From: a virus
Reading direction: 5' to 3' (one strand)
Virus genome (UHGV): UHGV-0126489
DNA: 12,682 bases
The notes below the pieces were generated by a model. That model had not been told where the DNA came from, made no database searches, and saw only the letters and a program-made list of their open reading frames with translations. Position 1 is the first letter of the stretch. Each line of letters starts with the position of its first letter. Positions 7,273 through 12,682 of this stretch are shown here, piece after piece. The translations under genes were made by a program, and so were the position numbers.

Positions 7273-7915
7273 GATGAACATGAGTGATCGTATTCGCCAA
7301 AGGCGAAAAAAACTGAACCTGACACAACAAGCACTGGCTGATTTGACTGGTGTGAACCGTGTCACGGTTACTGGATGGGAAAAGGACGACTACCAACCAA
7401 ATGGAGCCAACCTTCAAGCCCTAGCCAACGCACTTAAATGCGATCCTCTGTGGCTTGTTAGCGGAAAAGGCTCGCCTGAACCAAAGATAAATCTAAAACC
7501 TGAAATATTCGCAGTTAAAAAAGTCCCCCTCATCTCGTGGGTTCAGGCGGGTTCATGGACAATGACGGAGCCTGGTGTCAGGAAAGAAGATGCTGAAGAG
7601 TGGGTTTATACTACCGCCCTTGTATCAGAAATGGCATTTGCACTACGGGTCCGTGGTGATTCAATGACCAATCCCCTCGGCTCACCATCGATACCAGAAG
7701 GTTCTATCGTTATCGTAGAGCCAGATATTATTGATACAGAGTGTATTAACGGAAAAATCGTTGTTGCCCATATCAATGGTGGGCAAGAAGCGACACTCAA
7801 AAAATTTGTTGAGGACTGGCCGAACAGGTATCTCGTCCCACTAAATCCTAACTATAAAACTATTGAATGCGGTGAGAACTGCAGAATAGTTGGTCTTGTC
7901 ATAATGGATTTTTGA
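7271..7915 (+). CDS. Prophage repressor, P22 C2 / lambda CI type (XRE HTH N-terminal domain plus S24 LexA-like autopeptidase), 214 aa
   Basis: N-terminal HTH (IRQRRKKLNLTQQALADLTGVNRVTVTGWE); C-terminal GDSM Ser nucleophile motif and downstream Lys; collinear with recalled P22 C2. Start could be any of the ATGs at 7271/7274/7280. Confidence 0.85.
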   Translation: MMNMSDRIRQRRKKLNLTQQALADLTGVNRVTVTGWEKDDYQPNGANLQALANALKCDPLWLVSGKGSPEPKINLKPEIFAVKKVPLISWVQAGSWTMTEPGVRKEDAEEWVYTTALVSEMAFALRVRGDSMTNPLGSPSIPEGSIVIVEPDIIDTECINGKIVVAHINGGQEATLKKFVEDWPNRYLVPLNPNYKTIECGENCRIVGLVIMDF

Positions 7916-7935
7916 CACATCTTCCTCACTATCGC

Positions 7936-7961
7936 AAAACCGGGGTATCCCCGGTTTTTTT
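7936..7961 (+). terminator. Rho-independent terminator after the repressor gene
   Basis: AAAACCGGGG - TAT - CCCCGG followed by TTTTTTT (7955-7961). Confidence 0.7.
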
Positions 7962-7977
7962 ATGAGCCTATCTTTTC

Positions 7978-8031
7978 ATGTAGGATAACCAACATAAACT
8001 CTTGACACTTGCATGTTGGATATCCTACATT
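7978..8031 (+). promoter_or_regulatory. OL-like operator pair with pL-like promoter directed rightward
   Basis: Sites 7978-7995 ATGTAGGATAACCAACAT and 8013-8030 ATGTTGGATATCCTACAT. TTGACA (8002-8007) - 17 nt - CTACAT (8025-8030). The segment 8002-8030 is nearly identical to the pR segment on the other strand. Confidence 0.55.
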
Positions 8032-8148
8032 TGTTTTTAGAGTTGTGGTGAATGCGCAGGCTGATTCGCGAAAGACATTGCAGCTATTGCGGAAAAGAGC
8101 TGTTCGGCGGGGCAATTAAACGCCCGTATCTGGAGGTTAAAGAACAAA

Positions 8149-8424
8149 ATGAAAGTCCAGATTTTAAACAATAACTGTGAAGTCGTTTGGTCATACGACA
8201 TAGCCGCCCCTGTAGATCAGAGCGGCGATAGCTGGACCAATGGGAAACATCAGATTATGGCTGGAGTTGTGTTCTCTTTACGCCGTGCTTTGGAACAGGC
8301 TGAAGTATTTCCATCAGACCCTGAATGGAAATGGCCTTTTTCTATTTGTCCAAATTCGGAGAGTACATTTCAGAAAATTGGTCAGAAAGTCGCACTCGAA
8401 GAGCATCAGCCAACTGTTTCCTGA
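8149..8424 (+). CDS. Hypothetical protein, first ORF after pL (91 aa); no arginine-rich N-like motif
   Basis: ATG at 8149 with GGAGG 11 nt upstream; Trp-rich, protein-like. Overlaps the convergent 81-aa ORF by 83 nt. Confidence 0.35.
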   Translation: MKVQILNNNCEVVWSYDIAAPVDQSGDSWTNGKHQIMAGVVFSLRRALEQAEVFPSDPEWKWPFSICPNSESTFQKIGQKVALEEHQPTVS

Positions 8425-8587
8425 TTTTTTCAGGTAACTCGTCGGCATCGCAGAAACAACAACGCTCGATCATGTTGAAAGCCGATTCGTAGAACTGTTT
8501 CTGCTGAGTGTCGCTGAGACAGGAAAAGAGCGACGTTACGATGATTTTATTAATTGCATTATCAAGTTCTTTTTCATCAAAAGTCAT
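8342..8587 (-). CDS. Hypothetical small protein (81 aa), transcribed against the pL operon
   Basis: ATG at 8587 with AAGGA 7 nt upstream; helical-looking translation containing CCFC. Confidence 0.35.
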   Translation of the reverse strand: MTFDEKELDNAINKIIVTSLFSCLSDTQQKQFYESAFNMIERCCFCDADELPEKIRKQLADALRVRLSDQFSEMYSPNLDK

Positions 8588-8840
8588 TTGATTTTCCTTT
8601 TATGTATACGGGCTTAAAAGGATACCACCGAGCCTGAAGTGGTGAAAAGACAGGCACATAACAGCTAAGTATTTTCAACCAGAGAGAATCCTTAGCGTTG
8701 TGGTGAATGCGGCTCAGCGCACGCGGGTTAAGGTTGAGGCTGACAGTCGACCTTCTGTGGATACCCACCCGTCTGGTGTGCAACCTTCGCCAGGCACCGG
8801 GAGGCACCCGGCACCACAACTTTATGCTGTGTGTAGTCCT

Positions 8841-8887
8841 GGCGGTACCAGTTTGTACCCTTGCTTCAGGCTGGTACCGTCCTTTTT
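8841..8887 (+). terminator. Candidate intrinsic terminator / structured RNA 3' end
   Basis: GGCGGTACC(AG) pairs with (CT)GGTACCGTCC around a 19-23 nt loop, followed by TTTTT at 8883-8887. Orientation matches pL transcription. Confidence 0.4.
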
Positions 8888-9024
8888 ACAAAACAGAGAA
8901 GAGCATCACCGGACGACGGGCTCATAACCCAATCCATCCGGGCGGCTGCCGCCGCAGGTGTTCTTCTCTGTTTTGTGGAGAAACTAATCGGCCTTGCAGG
9001 GTCGATATGATGAGGAGCAGCAAA

Positions 9025-9387
9025 ATGGCTAGCGAACGCAGTACTGATGTGCAGGCATTTATTGGGGAGCTGGACGGCGGCGTATTTGAAACCAAAATCG
9101 GCGCAGTTCTCAGTGAAGTCGCTTCCGGTGTGATGAACACGAAAACCAAAGGTAAGGTCTCGCTCAACCTGGAAATCGAACCATTTGATGAGAACCGTGT
9201 GAAAATCAAACACAAACTCTCATATGTTCGCCCGACTAACCGCGGGAAAATTTCCGAAGAAGACACCACCGAAACGCCGATGTATGTCAATCGCGGTGGT
9301 CGCCTGACTATTCTGCAGGAAGACCAGGGACAATTACTGACTCTTGCCGGTGAACCTGACGGAAAACTCCGCGCAGCAGGTCGTTAA
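9025..9387 (+). CDS. yfdP: YfdP-like protein of unknown function, 120 aa
   Basis: ATG at 9025 with GAGGAG 7 nt upstream. The ORF track's 226-aa version includes a non-coding, structured upstream part. Length equals recalled K-12 YfdP (120 aa); gene order yfdP-Q-R-S matches. Confidence 0.5.
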   Translation: MASERSTDVQAFIGELDGGVFETKIGAVLSEVASGVMNTKTKGKVSLNLEIEPFDENRVKIKHKLSYVRPTNRGKISEEDTTETPMYVNRGGRLTILQEDQGQLLTLAGEPDGKLRAAGR

Positions 9388-9452
9388 TATCGCTTTTAAT
9401 AAACTGATTATTTATCTCATCACTGAATATCTTTATATAGTGAGGACTTATT

Positions 9453-10277
9453 ATGTCTCAGAACTTAGACGCAACCGCAATTAATCAAATCCATGCCCTT
9501 ATTTCTGCTCAGGGTGTTAATGAAATTATCAATAATATTGGTGCCGATGCTGTGGCATTGCCTGAGAATTTCCGCATTCATGATCTGGAAAAATTTAATT
9601 TAAATCGCTTCCGTTTCCGTGGTGCACTTTCCACTGCCAGCATCGATGACTTTACCCGTTATTCTAAAGATCTTGCAGATGAAGGCACCCGCTGCTTTAT
9701 CGATGCCGATAATATGCGAGCAGTCAGTGTGCTTAACCTGGGTACTATTGATGAACCAGGTCACGCAGATAACACCGCCACTCTCAAACTGAAAAAGACA
9801 GCACCGTTCTCTGCTCTGTTGTCTGTTAATGGCGAGCGTAACTCCCAGAAGTCACTGGCAGAATGGATTGAAGACTGGGCCGACTACCTTGTGGGCTTTG
9901 ATGCTAATGGTGACGCCATTCAGGCAACCAAAGCGGCTGCGGCGATCCGTAAAATCACAATTGAAGCGAACCAGACCGCTGATTTTGAAGACAATGACTT
10001 CAGCGGCAAACGCTCCCTGATGGAGTCTGTCGAAGCGAAGACCAAAGACATTATGCCAGTGGCATTTGAATTTAAATGCGTTCCGTTTGAAGGTCTGAAA
10101 GAACGTCCGTTTAAATTACGCCTCAGCATTATCACTGGCGATCGTCCTGTACTGGTTCTGCGCATTATTCAGCTGGAGGCGGTGCAGGAAGAAATGGCTA
10201 ACGAATTTCGTGATCTGCTTGTTGAGAAATTCAAGGACAGCAAAGTAGAAACCTTTATTGGTACTTTCACCGCCTGA
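9453..10277 (+). CDS. yfdQ: YfdQ-like protein (DUF2303 family), 274 aa
   Basis: ATG at 9453 with GAGGA 6 nt upstream; length equals recalled K-12 YfdQ (274 aa). Family assignment from memory of gene order and length, not alignment. Confidence 0.55.
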   Translation: MSQNLDATAINQIHALISAQGVNEIINNIGADAVALPENFRIHDLEKFNLNRFRFRGALSTASIDDFTRYSKDLADEGTRCFIDADNMRAVSVLNLGTIDEPGHADNTATLKLKKTAPFSALLSVNGERNSQKSLAEWIEDWADYLVGFDANGDAIQATKAAAAIRKITIEANQTADFEDNDFSGKRSLMESVEAKTKDIMPVAFEFKCVPFEGLKERPFKLRLSIITGDRPVLVLRIIQLEAVQEEMANEFRDLLVEKFKDSKVETFIGTFTA

Positions 10278-10289
10278 TTTCATTACTGC

Positions 10290-10311
10290 AAATGCCCCTG
10301 CGGGGGCATTT
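10290..10311 (+). terminator. Hairpin AAATGCCCC-TGCG-GGGGCATTT after the yfdQ-like gene (candidate terminator)
   Basis: 9-bp stem with GC core and A/U-rich ends; no separate U-tract beyond the stem. Confidence 0.35.
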
Positions 10312-10404
10312 ATGGAAACGTAATTTACTCAATAATCGCCGGATGGTGAGGGATTCTTTTTACCAGAATTCAGCGCGGTGCAGCGCATATACGTGGAGAA
10401 CAAA

Positions 10405-10941
10405 ATGTCATTTATCAAAACTTTTTCTGGGAAGCATTTTTATTATGACAGGATAAATAAAGACGACATCGATATTAACGATATCGCGGTTTCCCTTTCA
10501 AATATCTGTCGCTTTGCCGGTCATCTTTCGCACTTCTACAGCGTCGCCCAACATGCGGTTCTTTGCAGCCAGTTGGTGCCGCAGGAATTTGCTTTTGAAG
10601 CGTTAATGCATGATGCAACAGAAGCGTATTGCCAGGACATTCCCGCACCACTGAAACGCCTTCTTCCTGACTATAAACAAATGGAAGAAAAAATAGACGC
10701 CGTAATCCGTGAGAAATACGGGTTACCCCCAGTTATGAGTACGCCCGTGAAATATGCCGATCTCATCATGCTGGCAACCGAACGCCGCGATCTCGGGCTT
10801 GATGATGGCTCTTTCTGGCCTGTACTGGAAGGTATCCCGGCAACAGAGATGTTCAACGTGATTCCACTGGCTCCAGGCCATGCCTACGGGATGTTTATGG
10901 AACGCTTTAACGAATTATCGGAGTTACGAAAATGCGCATGA
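10405..10941 (+). CDS. yfdR: HD-domain phosphohydrolase, YfdR-like 5'-deoxynucleotidase, 178 aa
   Basis: ATG at 10405 with GGAG 6 nt upstream (ORF-track GTG at 10378 is less likely). His ... HD motif (AQHAVL ... LMHDATEAY) typical of HD hydrolases; length equals recalled K-12 YfdR (178 aa). Confidence 0.6.
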   Translation: MSFIKTFSGKHFYYDRINKDDIDINDIAVSLSNICRFAGHLSHFYSVAQHAVLCSQLVPQEFAFEALMHDATEAYCQDIPAPLKRLLPDYKQMEEKIDAVIREKYGLPPVMSTPVKYADLIMLATERRDLGLDDGSFWPVLEGIPATEMFNVIPLAPGHAYGMFMERFNELSELRKCA

Positions 10942-11294
10942 ATGTTTTCGAAATGGAAGGATTTCTTCGCGGGAAATGTGTACCGCGAGATCTGAAAGTG
11001 AATGAAACGGATGCTGAATACCTGGTGCGTAAATTTGATGCGCTTGAAGCTAAATGTGCAGCACTGGAAAACAAAGTAATACCAGTGTCAGCTGAACTGC
11101 CGCCAGCGAATGAAAGTGTTCTGTTATTTGATGCTAATGGAGAAGGCTGGCTGATTGGCTGGCGTTCTCTCTGGTATACATGGGGGCAAAAAGAAACCGG
11201 AGAATGGCAGTGGACATTTCAGGTCGGGGACCTTGAAAACGTCAACATCACTCACTGGGCAGTAATGCCAAAAGCACCGGAGGCTGGAGCATAA
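10932..11294 (+). CDS. yfdS: YfdS-like protein of unknown function (possibly DUF551), 120 aa
   Basis: Start overlaps the end of the yfdR-like gene; Trp-rich C-terminal half; length equals recalled K-12 YfdS (120 aa). Confidence 0.45.
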   Translation: MRMNVFEMEGFLRGKCVPRDLKVNETDAEYLVRKFDALEAKCAALENKVIPVSAELPPANESVLLFDANGEGWLIGWRSLWYTWGQKETGEWQWTFQVGDLENVNITHWAVMPKAPEAGA

Positions 11295-12103
11295 TGACCA
11301 CATTTACCGATAAAGAACTGATTAAAGAAATCAAAGAACGAATCAGCAGCATGGACGTGCGAGACAATGTTGAGCGCCGTGCTTATGAAATTGCTCTGGC
11401 ATCGCTGGAAGAGGATCCGGTGGCATGGCTGCATTCAGACAATGGCTTAGGTATTCCGGCAATAACCAGGAGTAAAAACATTGCTGACAGTTGGTTATCA
11501 AAGGGCTGGTATGTTCAGCCGCTATATATAGCCAAGCCAGTGCCGGTGGTGCCAGATGCTCGTCCGTCTTTAAATAATGGCATAGTCGGTTTTGATGAAG
11601 GCTGGAACGCCTGCCGCGCTGCCATGCTCTATGGTGCCGTACCTGCAAGCCAGGCTTACAAGTTGCCACAAACGCAGTTTAAACAGGTTGCTGACCTCTA
11701 CGAAATGCAATTTGATGACGGTCGCACTTGTGCCTTTCACACTGATGCGCAAAAGGCTGTGCAATGGCTTCAGGCGTGCGACGGAAACAGGGTTCAGGAA
11801 TACGTTAAGCTGGAACGATTGCAGAACGCACTGTCTGGCAACTCTCCGGTAACTCCGGATGGTTGGGTTATGGTGCCGAAGAGACTAACAGCCGAGAACG
11901 GCGCTAAGGGGGCGCTATCCGGTGAATTTTCAGAAACTACGTTTATAAGCTGCCTGGAATGCTTTGGCGATGATGATTGCGATACCTGTGACGGGAGCGG
12001 ACGTATTGAAATTAAAGTGCCAGTCACGTGGTCGACCATAAAATCTATCTGGGATAAAGGTATCGAGTATTTTGCAGCAAAACCATCACAAGAGGTGAAG
12101 TGA
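11294..12103 (+). CDS. Hypothetical protein, 269 aa, with C-terminal Cys/Asp cluster (CLECFGDDDCDTCDGSG)
   Basis: ATG overlaps the upstream stop (TAATG); long protein-like ORF. The CxxC...CxxC cluster suggests a metal-binding knuckle. Confidence 0.5.
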   Translation: MTTFTDKELIKEIKERISSMDVRDNVERRAYEIALASLEEDPVAWLHSDNGLGIPAITRSKNIADSWLSKGWYVQPLYIAKPVPVVPDARPSLNNGIVGFDEGWNACRAAMLYGAVPASQAYKLPQTQFKQVADLYEMQFDDGRTCAFHTDAQKAVQWLQACDGNRVQEYVKLERLQNALSGNSPVTPDGWVMVPKRLTAENGAKGALSGEFSETTFISCLECFGDDDCDTCDGSGRIEIKVPVTWSTIKSIWDKGIEYFAAKPSQEVK

Positions 12104-12675
12104 TGAACAACTTAATGATCGACCTTGAGACGATGGGGAAAAATAAGGATGCACCGATCGTTTCCATTGGCGCGGTGTTCTTCACTCCAGAAACCGGAGA
12201 CATCGGACAAGAATTCTATACGGTTGTTAGCCTGGAAAGTGCTATGGGGCAAGGAGCTACACCTGACGGCGATACCATCCTGTGGTGGTTGAAACAAAGC
12301 CCTGAAGCACGAGCTGCAATCTGTATTGATGATACTTTGTCGATCAGCGATGCTCTCTCAGAACTAAATCATTTCATTAACCGGCACGCAGACAATACGA
12401 AATATTTAAAAGTCTGGGGTAACGGAGCCACCTTCGACAACGTAATTTTACGTGGAGCTTATGAGCGAGCAGGACAAATCTGCCCGTGGGCATACTGGAA
12501 TGACCACGATGTACGCACGATCGTTACGCTTGGGCGTTCCATCGGATTCGACCCCAAAATGGACATGCCTTTCGATGGCGAACGGCACAACGCCCTGGCT
12601 GATGCCCGTCATCAGGCAAAATATGTTTCCGCTATCTGGCAGAAATTAATTCCTGCCACCAGCACAGAATTATGA
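12103..12675 (+). CDS. DEDD-type 3'-5' exonuclease (DnaQ-like fold), about 190 aa
   Basis: N-terminal MIDLETMG (D-x-E motif), central WGNGATFD, C-terminal H-x4-D (HNALAD). ATG at 12103 overlaps the upstream TGA, with AGAGGTGA upstream. Confidence 0.6.
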   Translation: MNNLMIDLETMGKNKDAPIVSIGAVFFTPETGDIGQEFYTVVSLESAMGQGATPDGDTILWWLKQSPEARAAICIDDTLSISDALSELNHFINRHADNTKYLKVWGNGATFDNVILRGAYERAGQICPWAYWNDHDVRTIVTLGRSIGFDPKMDMPFDGERHNALADARHQAKYVSAIWQKLIPATSTEL

Positions 12676-12682
12676 TTTTCCC

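Noticed and set aside
8149-8424. The first pL-proximal ORF as an N-like antiterminator
   Set aside because: It has no arginine-rich N-terminal motif and no recognisable boxA/boxB nut site in the leader; kept only as a hypothetical protein.
8707-9024. N-terminal 106 codons of the 226-aa ORF (8707..9387) in the ORF track
   Set aside because: Translation is Arg/Cys/Pro-rich and low-complexity, and it spans a hairpin followed by a T5 tract. A strong GAGGAG RBS precedes the in-frame ATG at 9025, so the real gene is taken as 9025..9387 and the upstream part as non-coding structured sequence.
8866-9290. Minus-strand ORFs 8866..9213 and 8922..9290
   Set aside because: Antisense to the yfdP-like gene and the structured region; no RBS and an implausible orientation within the pL operon.
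1-12682. Integrase, attachment site, tRNA, IS element or lysis genes
   Set aside because: No tRNA-like cloverleaf, no tyrosine-recombinase-like ORF, no terminal inverted repeats and no holin/endolysin-like ORF were found; those modules presumably lie outside this window.

Overview
This window reads as a near-complete regulatory core of a lambdoid (P22 / CPS-53-like) enterobacterial prophage; all calls rest on reading the sequence and the ORF track by eye, with no searches run. Minus strand, right to left: Cro-like gene, CII-position gene, an O-like replication initiator with the origin iterons embedded in it, a translationally coupled nin-like block (PerC-like YfdN-like protein, Dam-type N6-adenine methyltransferase, LexA-DNA-binding-domain-only protein, RusA resolvase, KilA-N protein), a frameshifted DUF968 gene, a Q-like late antiterminator, and a candidate late promoter/terminator. 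Plus strand: a P22 C2-type autocleavable repressor flanked by OR (three sites) and OL (two sites) operators sharing an 18-bp palindrome, then a left operon whose gene lengths match YfdP-YfdQ-YfdR-YfdS of E. coli K-12 CPS-53, plus a 269-aa unknown protein and a DEDD exonuclease. The least explained part is the ~1 kb between pL and the yfdP-like gene (8038-9024): no N-like arginine-rich protein, two convergent overlapping small ORFs, a 15-nt motif present twice, and a GC-rich structured segment ending in an intrinsic terminator. No tRNA, rRNA, CRISPR array, integrase or IS element was seen.
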